Origin: Parasitella parasitica NRRL 2501
Lineage: Eukaryota; Fungi; Mucoromycota
DNA length: 64,000 nucleotides
NCBI GenBank assembly: GCA_025201805.1
Contig: MU619345.1
Span: 1-64,000, forward strand
Direction of reading: 5' to 3'
Under the pieces are notes generated by a model. The model searched no databases, was not told the origin of the DNA, and saw nothing but the letters and a program-made list of their open reading frames with translations. This document shows positions 13,073 through 25,282 of this stretch, one piece after another. Numbering within the stretch: the stretch's first letter is position 1; every line of letters begins with the position of its first letter. A program made the position numbers and the translations under genes.

Positions 13073-13411
13073 ATGATATTTCAACAATATATGCAGCGCT
13101 TGCCTGTCACTGTGCGCTTGGCATTTGTTCCAATGACATTGCTATTCATTCACCTTATTCAGCTACAAACGCACATTTTTAAAGTCTTTAGAAATGAAAT
13201 GTACCAAGGGTGGCTAATGTCATGTCTGTATTCTGCTACTGCCATAACTGCTTTATGCTTGGTTGCTTGGGATCGCATCCGAATTCCGCTGAAATTCATG
13301 TACTCATGCTTTTTCAAACCAATTGGTAACCATGGAAACGATCAGCAAAGTCGTCTTGAATCATTCTACCAAGACCAAGCAAAAAGTGAGTATACAACTC
13401 CATTTTAAATG

Positions 13412-13449
<38 letters not shown>

Positions 13450-15702
13450 CTCTATTTGCTAATATTAACCTTCAAAAGTTTATGACAACTCCCGAGGAGC
13501 TCTTTTAAGAGGTCGCAAGACCATGCTCAAACTATGCGCTGCTCAAATCAAGGAACAAATTGCCAATGGCATCATGAATAAAAAGCCTATCTGGGTAGAT
13601 CTTGGTGGTGGAACTGGCTGGAACATCGAAACTATGAATGAGTCGTTTCCAATTGAACAATTTGAACAAGTTATTCTCGTTGATTTAACGCCTTCGCTTT
13701 GTCAAGTGGCCCGTGAGCGGTTCGAAAGTAAAGGATGGAAAAACATTACTGTTCTTTGTCAAGATGCTTCTTCGTTCCAAGTCCCTGGTTGTGAAGGCTC
13801 AATAGAAGGTCGAGTAGGTTTGATCACAGTGTCATATGCATGTAAGTTATAAAAGTCTTCTTTTGGAAAACTTGTTTTATATAATACGATACATAGTATC
13901 GATGATGGATCACTACTACCCCGTAATTGACCGGGTTCAGTCTTTGCTGGCCCCTGAAGGTGTTGTCGGTGTAGTGGACTTTTATGTCTCGAGCAGGTCG
14001 AATGCACCTGCTGAACAATGGTCCCCTCAGCAGAATCGCCAATGCAATTGGTTTACTAGACACTTCTGGCATGCTTGGTTTGAGCTGGATCACATCAACT
14101 TGCATCCCGGCCGTCGTGATTACATGGAATACAAGTTTGGTACCATCAAATCTTTAAATCGTCGTAATCATTTTGTTATCCCGTTTTTAATCCAGATACC
14201 ATACTACATCTGGTTGGGTTGCTCAACTGCTCGTCAAAGCGAATTATCAAATCTAGTTGAAATCCCTGATGATACTGACAGTGTGAAGAGCGGCCAAAGC
14301 AACAGATACTCGCTCAGCGCCAGTAGATCAGCTGTTTCTTTCTCTTACAAAAACAAACAATGGCGTCTGGACTACAACCCTTCATTACCTTGCCACACTC
14401 AATTTAGATCTTACATTTACGCTTTTACTTGGGAAGACCCTCGTGTTGATTTAGAATACTTGAATATTTCAAAGGACGATGTCATGTTTGTCATCACTTC
14501 GGCTGGCGACAATGCGCTGGATTATGCTTTGAGAGCACAGCCCAAAAGGATTCACTGTGTTGACATGAACCCTTGTCAGGTACGTTCCCATATATGTATG
14601 GTGTCAGTAGATATTGCATAGTTATTCATCTAGTTGAATACAGAATCATCTGTTGGAGCTGAAGCTGGCTGGTATCACTTCATTAGAATACAACGATTTT
14701 TGGAGAATGTTTGGTAATGGCAACCATCCTCACTTTTCTGCCTTGCTGCATGATACTATATCTCCTCACCTGAGTTCATATGCTTTCCAGTATTGGAGCA
14801 AGCACAGCGATCGCTTTAGTTACAAGTTTTACAAGACAGGCTACTCAGGTTTGGCTCTTTCGATTCTTGAATGGTGGGTTCGTATGCAGGGGCTAGGAAA
14901 GGACATTGATGTCATGACAAGTGCTTCTACAATCCAAGAACAAAATGATATTTGGCTTAACAAAATCAGACCTGCTATTTTCTCTCCAATGATTCAAAAG
15001 ATTCTTCACAATCCAATGTTTATGTGGAACGCGCTCGGAGGTATGTAGAGGTGTTGTTGCTTGATAGTCTTGACATATCCTAAACTTTTCTTTATGCAGT
15101 TCCTATCAACCAAATGAACATGTTCCTGAAAGAATGCACAACTCAACAGTACATTGAAAATACGCTGGATCCTATTACAACGCACTCTTTATTCAGCGAC
15201 GATCAGTACTTTTACTATCTATGTTTGAAACAACAATATGCAAAGAAGAGTTGTCCTCTGTATCTGACAAAGGATGGGTTCGAGACACTCAAGGTATGCA
15301 TAAGTGCACTAGCAAATATAAAATCTTTTCTTTAAACACAAATATACATATATACAGACATCAGGTGCTTTGAATGCTTTCCATTTACACACGGAATCAA
15401 TCTTAACTGCTCTCCAATCAATGGCTGATGGCTATCTGACACGTCTAGTTCTCATGGATCATATGGATTGGTTTGACCCTAACTCTTGTGAGGAGCTGGA
15501 TAATGAAATTCGAGAGATGAAGCGTGCTTTACAACCGATGGGTCAAGTTTACTGGCGAAGTGCGGGCACAAAACCATGGTACAATGCACTGTTTGAAAAG
15601 CATGGCTTTATTAATATTGAACCATTGGGTATTCGTCGCCCTGGTCAAGCTATTGATCGCGTCAATATGTATGCTAGCTTCTACAGGGCAACTAAGCTTT
15701 GA
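13073..15702 (+). CDS. BTA1: Betaine lipid (DGTS) synthase: BtaB-like methyltransferase fused to BtaA/DUF3419
   Basis: QQSRLESFYQDQA..YDNSRGALLRGR; WVDLGGGTGWNIE; YIYAFTWEDPRVD; ITSAGDNALDY; VDMNPCQNHLLELK; C-terminal DRVNMYASF. Confidence 0.92.
13417..13447. repeat. (AT)n microsatellite in BTA1 intron 1
   Basis: About 15 AT units, read directly. Confidence 0.9.
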
Positions 15703-15772
15703 TTGCTTATATCTTCTCAAATAAAAAATATCTATTTACGCTTGAACCACGTATATATATTAAAATAACAAA

Positions 15773-16084
15773 CCTAATAACGGATGCTGCATAATCTACA
15801 TTTCTTGGCAACAATGGCGCTTACTGAGGATAAGGGGTTTTTCATATAAATATCTGATTGATATAATAAAAGGTTTCGGTTGCCATTGATTATCCCTTTG
15901 ACAGTGGCAAATACTGTAAACATTTTAAAGGAAGCCCATTATGGAAAGCAGTAGTTGCGATGAAATCTAGATCATCAGCAACCACGGACGCTCTTGATGC
16001 CCCTTTAACAGCTTTGAAAACCAACGTCTTGAGATTTTCTTCAATAGATTTTATGGTACTGAATTTTTGCATATCGAGACACAT
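15773..16084 (-). pseudogene. Probable degenerate 5' fragment of CENP-I/Mis6 (inner kinetochore)
   Basis: VVADDLDFIATTAFHNGLPLKCLQYL and, further downstream past the stop of that ORF, LLPRNVDYAASVIR (15814-15773) resemble the CENP-I N-terminal motifs AWKNGL and MIPATVISEDSVVK. There is no room for the rest of the gene before BTA1. Confidence 0.4.
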
Positions 16085-16706
16085 TGAAGAGTGAGAAGGT
16101 TATTTTACTGTACAGTGTGTGCGTGCGTGTGAAGAAAGAATAAAAATAAGAATTCGCATTCATTTCAAACGACTCAAAACAGTTAGATATGGCCCAAATC
16201 CGTTATATATGGTTCAAATCATTATGAACGGTAATAATATGCCCTTACAACTTGCAGTACTTTAATTCTAGAATATGAAGTTAATTGGACTCATTAAAAA
16301 CAAAAACACACACTTGCTTTAATGCTATATTGTTCAATAGCTGCTTATTGCTTATATGTTTCTTTGTAGTAATTAACTCATTACTGCGCCTTGTTATTTA
16401 AATGAGATAATGTCTATTACATGCCTGCTATAACAGCGTCTCCAGTGCCAATTGACGCTTTTCTCAGGATCCAATTCGCATTTTTCACTAGTAATCCCAA
16501 ATGGCGGATAGGATATTGTCATTCAAGAGGTGATATATTTCATTCGAAGACATTTGTCAAGCATATTTACAACGTTTATTCATGTTTAAGAGAGCGGAAA
16601 CTCTTGTTTTATCAGACACCTCTCTAGTCTTGTTTTGAGAAATAAATCAACATTGTGCTGCGCGGATGTGGAGCGAAAAGATACAACTTACTATTGCATA
16701 CACTTT

Positions 16707-16835
16707 TTATATGGATTTGAATAAGGGGTATATTGCAGATTTGTACAAGTGCCAGTATCCAACTTGAGAACATATCTTAAGTTGCCTCTTTCAAAAAAGC
16801 TATTTTTCAACCCGTAGTTCGGAACAGCATGTCAT
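16707..16835 (-). pseudogene. Possible decayed F-box gene relic
   Basis: SELRVEK*LF*KRQLKICSQVGYWHLYKSAIYPLFKSI* loosely fits the F-box pattern (EL..IF..L..CS.V..W...A...LY..I) and has internal stops. Confidence 0.25.
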
Positions 16836-17316
16836 AGAACACTATCTGTGTTGTGCCAGGTCTTGAAATTGAGCACAGCAGGTGATTGTATATGATATAA
16901 AGAATATAAGAAAGTAGTAAAGACTTAACTTACGAGATACAGAACTGTTGATTTATTGATTGACAAGAAGCTGTCTATTTATATTAGAATAAATCTATCT
17001 GAATCAATCTATAAATACAATCAGGTCATGTGTGGCATTTGATTGTCAAACAAGATTACAACACAGTAGTGGTCAGGGCAAAACTCATTTCTATATTTAA
17101 TCAGCTAATCTTTGTGAACGTGAATCATTGATCGATAAATTGAGCTTCGCAATTTAGAGTAAGTAGATACCAAATAGATGGTTCCTTACACGAGACATTC
17201 TATTGAATACTTCTATTTACTAGATAGAATAATCAATGCCAGTTAACCTTAGATCCGATCAGGAACGAATGCCATGACATCTGAGTTGATATAGTGGTAA
17301 CCATGGTATGCTTATT

Positions 17317-17320
<4 letters not shown>

Positions 17321-17394
<74 letters not shown>
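17321..17394. repeat. About 74-nt poly(T) homopolymer
   Basis: Read directly from the sequence. Confidence 0.9.
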
Positions 17395-17397
<3 letters not shown>

Positions 17398-17566
17398 ATA
17401 TTCTATTCAAAGAAGCTGGATAAAAATTCCATTTATATACACTCAGGATGCGACTGATCTCTAATATGTTTTATTATAAAAAATTCTAAATGCTGTGGAT
17501 AATACGATCTGCAATTAATACTGATCTTGTATCGGAGGTGTTGCATAAAAGTCAAAGGATAGTTTG

Positions 17567-19512
17567 TTATTTTTTACCACCCAGTTGACAGTTTCTTAAT
17601 GCTAATGTGACGACGAAACAGCAAATGGAGGCTGCAAGGCCATACTTGAAGGCAGTATGTATCGACTTTTGCAAAGACGCAATAATAATAGCTTGCACTT
17701 CAGGAGCCAATGTGCGAACTTTTGTGATTGATGTTCGTACGAATTCAATGATTTCTGCGGCTTCAGGGCCCTTGATCTCTTTATGGAGGTTATTCTTGAA
17801 TTGATATTGCATAATAGCCGCTGTAATGGTACTTCCAGAGAGCCAACCAGTAGAACGACAAAGAAAAATCATAGACGTAGCAGATGCTGTGTCTGCATGT
17901 GCGATGTCAGCTACTAGAGCAACCATTGTAGCCACAAAGACGGCGCCAAAGATAAAGCCTTCAACATTCATGCAGCTCAACAAGAACCAAATAGGCGAAG
18001 AAGGGTTCCATGAGCTCATTCCAAGAGAAGTGAATACATGGATTGCAATTAAAGTAATGACAAAATACTTGTATTTGCCCTTGACCGAAAGATATCGACC
18101 AGCTACCCAGCAACCGACAGCAACCATGAATGTTCTAGGTAAAACCCACAAGCCAGCAGACGAAGCATTGTAACCCAAAACACCCATAAAGAATTGAGGA
18201 GTTAGATAAGTAAATGCCATGGTTGCATTGCAAAGGAAAAAGTTATTGAGACAGACTGCCATTGTGTTGCGGCTTTTGATCAATGTGCGAGATACTAACG
18301 GATTCTTAGCCCAATGGTATTCATAAACACCAAACAACATAAAAAGTGAAGCAGCAGTAACCAGCAGACTCACAATCAAAGGATCATCCCAATCATGTGT
18401 ATTGCCACCCAGAGAAGCGCCTGTAACAAAGGAAATGTTGGCAGTGAGTAGGAGACCAGCGCCTACAAGATCAATCTTCTCAAACTTTTCGCGGATATTC
18501 TCTGTGGATTTAGCACCCTTCTCCAAATTATAATTTTCCAACTTGTAAATATAGACGTATAGAATGAACAAACAAAATGGAATGTTGATATAGAAACAGT
18601 AGCGCCATCCCACTGTATCGTTGATAATACCACCTAAAGGGGCGCCTATGGTAGTACCAATCTATGCATTGTTAAGTATCCAAAAATACGCATTTTATGC
18701 AATTGTTTATATAATTGAAGGCTACTTACTGTTTGTGCCATATTGACATAAGATTGATACTGGCCACGACGTCTCATAGGCAATAGATCATGAATAACAA
18801 CCGAGCACATGGTCATGATACCACCACCTCCTAGCCCAGCAATGGCACGAGCAATCCCCATTTGAACCATGTTGTTGGCAATACCACAAAGCCATGAACC
18901 GAGTAAGAAGAAACATACAATAGTGACAAGCGTCGACTTGCGACCAAATATGTCTGAAAGCTTACCATCTATACAACTTGATAAGTTTCGTATATCACAG
19001 ATCAGCAATGCATATAGTATACTTTACATAAAGGTTGGATAGCCGAAGTACTCAACATGTAAGATGTCATGATCCACACAGAGAGATTGGAACTAGGGAT
19101 GACAAAATTCAATAATCTGATTAGATATGAATCTATTTCCGAATGCGTACCTTTTGAATTCTGTGCCAATTTCATTGAAGATAGTTGTTATAATCGAAGT
19201 ATCCACTGCGGCTAAAAAACCGCCAATACAAAGGCTATTTGAAATAATATTAAAAACATATTTAAAAACTAAATGTGTCCAAGATTACCAAAATACCAAC
19301 AGAGACAGCGAAACATCACCTAATCTGTTATTGACTATGTAGTCTGGATCATGGATATCAACAGTTGATGAGCTGCTGCTACTATTATCTGCAATATAGT
19401 CTTCATCGATATTCTTTACAATTACACTACGAGGGACGCCATTGTAACTTTGAATGTCTTGCTCAGTGGACCCTCTCAAAAGAGATTGGCTTTCATTGTT
19501 GAATGAAGGCAT
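17567..19512 (-). CDS. 14-TMS MFS transporter (DHA2/VBA/Fnx type; vacuolar basic amino acid or drug:H+ antiporter)
   Basis: GGFLAAVDTSII; WIMTSYMLSTSAIQPLYGKLSDIFGRK (motif A); ARAIAGLGGGG; GWRYCFYINIP; multi-exon. Confidence 0.88.
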
Positions 19513-20179
19513 AATGGTAAATCAGATAGGTTCGAAAAAGAAGAGGAGAGCAGACGGTACGATATAAATATTGTTCCTTATTGCGGAGCTGGTCCTGATA
19601 TAGGGGGGGAGGTTACACATGGAATTGCATTGCGTTTTTCAGTGCTCTATTGCGCAACTGAAAAAGAAATTGAAGTGATTGTAACGTATAACAAACACAG
19701 GGAGATTTCATGTTAATGTCTATTATGGCTCTTCTCTTTCAAGATACTTCAAATGAGGCAGTACCCTATGAGTGATTTTCATTGATGTGGGATGTGCGTT
19801 AATTGCCAATCAGTTGATTATTTGTATTCTTCATATCCAGAATAAACTTTATTTCGCATTATAGTGCATTATTGCGACATCCTTGGAGCCACAATGAAGT
19901 TATGAGAAAAATAAAAATTACCACGTACTAACTTTCAAATATGATAGCCTATTGATATCTTTCGAATGAGACTTGCCATCTCGATAAATACGATCATGAA
20001 TCATGGTGGGTACATTTTAAATTATTTATTCAATGACGGTTCACAAACGTGAATACCAAGGATATATATACAAGTTGATAAAAGGAGCAGATATCTAATG
20101 ACTGTACAAATAATACAAACTATTTACAAAACAAAGTAAAAAAATGTATGTAGGAATACAAAGGTATGACTTGAGAATA

Positions 20180-22033
20180 TTATCTGTTTTTCTCGGCTTC
20201 GTATTCTACAACAGCTTCTTCTTCGTCAAGAGCAGCTTGTTTGGAGTATTGAGGCTCAACATCACGTTGGATTGCGTCTTCAGCAGCATCGATGTCATCT
20301 AATTTATGATGACAAATATAGAAAAGGATTGTACAAACAAACATGGCACCGCAAATGCCAGTGTACATCCAGACCAACTTGGGATCCACGGTGACAGAAA
20401 CCAACGCGAAAGCAAGAATAGAAGCAAAGCAGTTGGTGAGCAGGAATAGTGCCATGACAATGGATTTCATCGATTGTGGAGCCTTTTTGTAAGCAAGTTC
20501 CATACCGGTGATGGAACCGAAAATCTCAGAAAGAGCAATCAGGACATAAGATGGAATCAAATATGCAGCAGAGATCCAATTTTGTCTCCCTTGAGGGTTA
20601 TTATAATACGGAGGAGAAGCGTAAACTTTGGCCTGAATACCAGCTGTGTAGCCCATGGCAGCGGCTGCAAAGAAGAAACCACAAGTGATACGGGTGATAG
20701 GACGCATAGGCATATTGAATTTACGCAAAAAAGGATAAAAGAATTTATCCATGAGAGGGATCAAGATGATCAAAGCGATAGGGTCAATATTTTGCATAAT
20801 ATCGTTAGGAACATTGCCTGTCAACATAGTGCCAGCCATAGAAACGAGATTGTTTGTCATTTGAGCATAGCACAGCCAATAAATAGGGAACCAGCAGAAA
20901 ACAACGCATGCCTTCATTGTACGCTTCAACTCGTCAACAAAGACATCATCCCAAGTACATTTTGCGGCTAGTTCAGGATGCTGACGAGTGAGATTGGAAG
21001 GTTTACAAGCGTCCAGACTCTTCGTTTTGAAAGCAAGCAGGAAAAGCCTGCCAGCCTCAACAAATACGGAACCACGAGGGGGGTTTTGAACATAATGATT
21101 GCGACCAAGAATGACAATGATGATACAGGGGATAAACATGAGTGTAGGCATGAGAAAGGCTGGCCAAAAACCAACGTTCTTTTCCAATTCAGTAGTAGCA
21201 ATGGCGGAAAGAGAACCAATGTTGATGCCCCAGTAAAAGTAATTAAAGATCTTTTGATAAGTGGCTTGAGGGGTAACAATAACACGTTTGCCGTTCTTGA
21301 GGGTCTTTACGTACGCACTTTTACTATGGTATTGCTCAGCGACAAGGGGGGAGACATTTGCTTTGATACCGCCCGTAGCAAGACCAATAATGATAATAGC
21401 TACGATAAAACCAGGAAAAGCAGCACCACTGGTGATACCAGGAGGAATGGATGTGAGAGTCAAGATGAGAAGGCCAATCAAGTAAACTATGGAAAATACG
21501 AGAATCGTCTTGTATTTGCCCCAAAATTGGTCAGCGACAATGGCACCAAATACAGGAGTGATATAGCACCAGAATTGGAAAAATGTAGTCAGTGAAGTAG
21601 CAGTTTGCTGACCTTTGCCCATAGCGCCTGGCGAAGTAGCAGGATCTATATTAAAAGTTAAAAGTTTATCCTGTCAACCAATAGACAATGCACTTACAAG
21701 AAGCAGGATTGGGATTTTGTATATAGTTTTGGAACGGCCCGCTGGTAAGTAATGAAATTAGTTTCTGTTGAACAGGAGATGCATATGTGCAGTTGCCACT
21801 TACGAAAGACCATAGTAAGTAAATCGCTCACAAAATTCAATCAGAATCACCAAGAAAGCAGCTTTAGGTATAGCATCAGAAACCTCGGGTAATTGAGCCC
21901 ATTCTTCATCGGTAGGCGCAGGTTCGTTGTTACCAGCATGTTCGACATATGAAGGGGCTGAATCTACATCTGTCACATTTCCATAACTAATAGTTGTTGC
22001 CTCTAAAATGGCATCCTTCTTTTCTTCTTCCAT
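20180..22033 (-). CDS. PTR2: Proton-dependent oligopeptide transporter (POT/PTR family)
   Basis: EFCERFTYYG (ExxERFxYYG motif); GAIVADQFWGKYKT; GGIKANVSPLVAEQ; FYWGINIGSL; 2 introns; ATG of MEEEKK at 22033. Confidence 0.93.
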
Positions 22034-22049
22034 GGTTATTAATGAAATC

Positions 22050-22064
22050 TGACATCTTTTGTCA
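22050..22064. promoter_or_regulatory. TGACA-N5-TGTCA palindrome 17-31 nt upstream of the PTR2 ATG
   Basis: TGACAtctttTGTCA has the same geometry as TGACAtgagcTGTCA at 10314-10328. Confidence 0.5.
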
Positions 22065-23265
22065 TGAGCTTGTGTCTCTTTTATATGTTTTATATTTTCA
22101 TTTGGTTCGCCGTTTACAAATTGGCAATTAGTTGAAACAAATCTTTGCAGTAATCCATAGCGCAACTTTCATTTACTCTCAATTGAAGCATGGTACAAAG
22201 GCTCCATTACAGAATTCAATTTAAAATATTTTGTACAGTTAAAATGCGAGCAACATTAGCATATTTCACTTTTTTTTTCTCTCATTAATAACACTTGAAT
22301 TTATATCAGAAGAAAAGTAGTAGAGGGATAAATAGTTTTATTCTGCCTAAACCCAAATACGTCAACCTATCAAGACTTTTCTCGCGCTCTCCGCTGCGAC
22401 AATAGTGAATGCGGGAAAACTATATCAATTCCTGGGAGAGAAAATAGCCCTGATATGGTAAAAAGGGCCTAATATTGCCAATATCCGACATGATGATAGC
22501 GACCCCTCTAAATTAGATTGCATGACATTCGCCGAAACATGGCAATGTATATTGATTGGCTTCAAAAGATCATGAGATTACAAGACTAGAGTAATCCGGA
22601 TATTAGTTTATGGAGGCATCATTAGAGCATTTTTAAATCCTATCAAGAAAACTATTGCCGGATCTTTCCTTGGGTTGTCTCAGAAATCATTGAGATGATT
22701 TGATGTGGAATCCACAGTTACCTCTTATAGTTTGCAATAAGCTATATTATCCTCGTGCACAGTCTAACTCCAGAAATCATGCATACGTCTCACGCACAAA
22801 CACATCTGATTACTTTCATTACAAGCCAAGAGTGATCAAAATTTATCGCAGGTTATCCCTTTTTTTATTTATGGGCTGGATTTATTATAACTGTTAATGC
22901 CATCCACAATTTTGTCTCAAAATGGCGCAAATGAATACAAATAATGTACACTTTTGTCTCGTGAAGCGTCCTGATGTACTTCTCAAGAGGATTATCTTCA
23001 CGATCCCAGCGTTGTCATTAAAGTCGAACTTTTTAAGGCTACAAACGATAATTAGACAAAATGAAAATGTCACGCCTACAGTCTTATATTGAAATTCATG
23101 AATGAAGTACGCCTCAAGTTGGAAAGGTTTCAATGATTTAGATCGCCAATTTTTTCCGTGTAAAACCCCATATGCCGTTCTGCATATGTTCAGATATTTT
23201 TCAAGAACCCAACAACTTTATTACTCGATCAAAGAAATAATTATTTTGCGTCCAAAGTATTCTGC

Positions 23266-25282
23266 TCAAGAGCTACATGAGCATCTCATATCGTTTTTCT
23301 ATCCAAATGGTTGAATAAATTGTTTTTGCTAAAATTATAAACTCTACTTACAGGAATAGGGCTATTTATCCAATCTTCTACTCTTTTATCTTGGTAGTGA
23401 TCCTTGAACGGATTGATGCAGGCATCGAGACAAGCGTTCAAAGCGTCTCTGGCCTCGCCCTCGTCCGTACCGTCATCAAAAGCTTGGATGACAGCTTGAG
23501 CAATGGAGTTGCGAAGAACAAAGCGAGGATTTACAGCGTCCATGTGCCGCTTACGCTCTTCATTGTCTACCTTGTCCTTCAATAAACGATGACGATAAAT
23601 AGCCAACCATGGTTTCAATGCTTCTTTACTAGGTTCAGTAAGCTGATCTTCCTGAGTTTTGATATCAAGCCATTCTATGATTGCTTTCTCGGCATCAGCA
23701 TCTTCACCATGCTCTGTGATTTTATAGTTTGATAATGATCTATAGAACCGATGATAATCGACGCGGTAAGTAGTCATCCAGTCCAACAATGGAATAACCA
23801 CATCATCCATATCACTTTGGGTGCTTGAGCTTTCCGAAAGACCGATTTTGCTTCTCATTTTAGCAAGCAGATGTTGCATGAAATAATCTTTGAATTCGTT
23901 CTGTAGTAAACCTTGCAAAAACACTTTGCCTTCGTCCCGGTATTTTTCCATTGTGCTTTCATCTGTAATGCCTTCTTTGGTCTCATCTGAGATATCTGCA
24001 AAAACCAAATCGTCTACAGCTTCACCAGCGCCTATTAATTCTAACAAGGGAGCACTTAATTGGAGCAAATTGAACATACAAACAGAAGGCTGCCGATGAA
24101 ATGCGTATCCTACAAAAAGATGTGAGCTCTGTGCCGACGCGTACATAGTCCATAATGTTGATCTTACGCCCAGATTCATCTGAATGATTACATACGTACA
24201 AGGGGTCGTAAAAGTCCATAATTTGGAAAGGCCCGTAATCCATTGTAAGACCCAAGATTGACATATTATCCGTATTCATGACACCATGATTGAACCCTAT
24301 AGCCTGCCACTCTGCAACCATTTTCGCTGTACTCTTTGTCACATTTCTGATAAATCGAGCGTATTTGTTCCCAGGTCCACTACTCTCAGTATCCTTGACT
24401 ACTTGTTCTATAGCATAATCAGCTAAACGGCGAACATTGTCCATATCATCTCGAGAATAAAAAATTTGAAAGTTGCCAAATCTTAGCCAAGAAGGCGACA
24501 TTCGAGTAACAATAGCGCCAGTCTCAGGTTGCTCTTTTTAAAATTTGGTTTAACAAAAAAGGAAGCCCATGATTTAAGTTGCCATGTATACTTACTTTGC
24601 GTGGACCCATCATCACGATATACATCTCTCGCTGTTTCAATCAACGCAAGCGCCCTAGTAGTGGGCACGCCTAATGCATGCATGTGCTCCGACATCAAAA
24701 ACTCTCGGATACTGGATCTCAATACTGCATAGCCATCACCAAAACGAGAGAAAGGTGTACGTCCAGCGCCTTTTAATTGAAGTTCCCAGGATTCTCCTTT
24801 GGAATTGACAGATTCAAACAAGGATATTGCTCTTCCATCGCCGAGTTGGCCTGCAAAGTATCTTTGATATGAATTGCATTAATGCCATGATGTAATTTTT
24901 TTTTTTTTTTTTTAGATCCAAATTACCCAAATTGATGTCCAGCATAACAAAGCGACCAAGGTCGAGTATCTGGTAATATCTTGTTTCCCGAAAATATCGA
25001 TACAAACTTTTGAGGATCATCTAGTATTTCATTCGCATCCAAATCTAAATCATTGCAAGCTGGCTTAGACAACGCCAGTAAACGGGGATCCGGCGCAATT
25101 TCAGGGTATACGTAAGAATAGACAGCTTTGTGAACAGGCCGAGCAGTGCGCATCAAGTTGGTTTGGTTGGTTTCGGTCACTTTAGCTGTGTAAATATCGC
25201 AAGGTAATGATTTTGTAAGCTTGGCAGGTACTGAAGGCAAGCTTTCTAATTTTCTGCGGGTCATTTTGAGTGTATTATTCAT
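23266..25282 (-). CDS. FMP40: Protein adenylyltransferase SelO/YdiU (Cys form)
   Basis: [16 protein letters not shown]; [30 protein letters not shown]; [24 protein letters not shown]; final exon [10 protein letters not shown] (TGA at 23266-23268). The start may be 25264. Confidence 0.93.

Noticed and set aside
17321-19512. MFS gene plus poly(A) tract as a processed retrocopy
   Set aside because: The gene retains several introns.
20474-21595. Long antisense ORFs over PTR2 (similar ones over PMC1, the homeodomain gene and U1-70K)
   Set aside because: They are shadow frames of well-supported genes and contain no recognisable motifs.
23266-23290. SelO as a selenoprotein via its terminal TGA
   Set aside because: The Sec-equivalent position is Cys (CSCSS) and the TGA falls at the normal C-terminus, so it is a stop codon.
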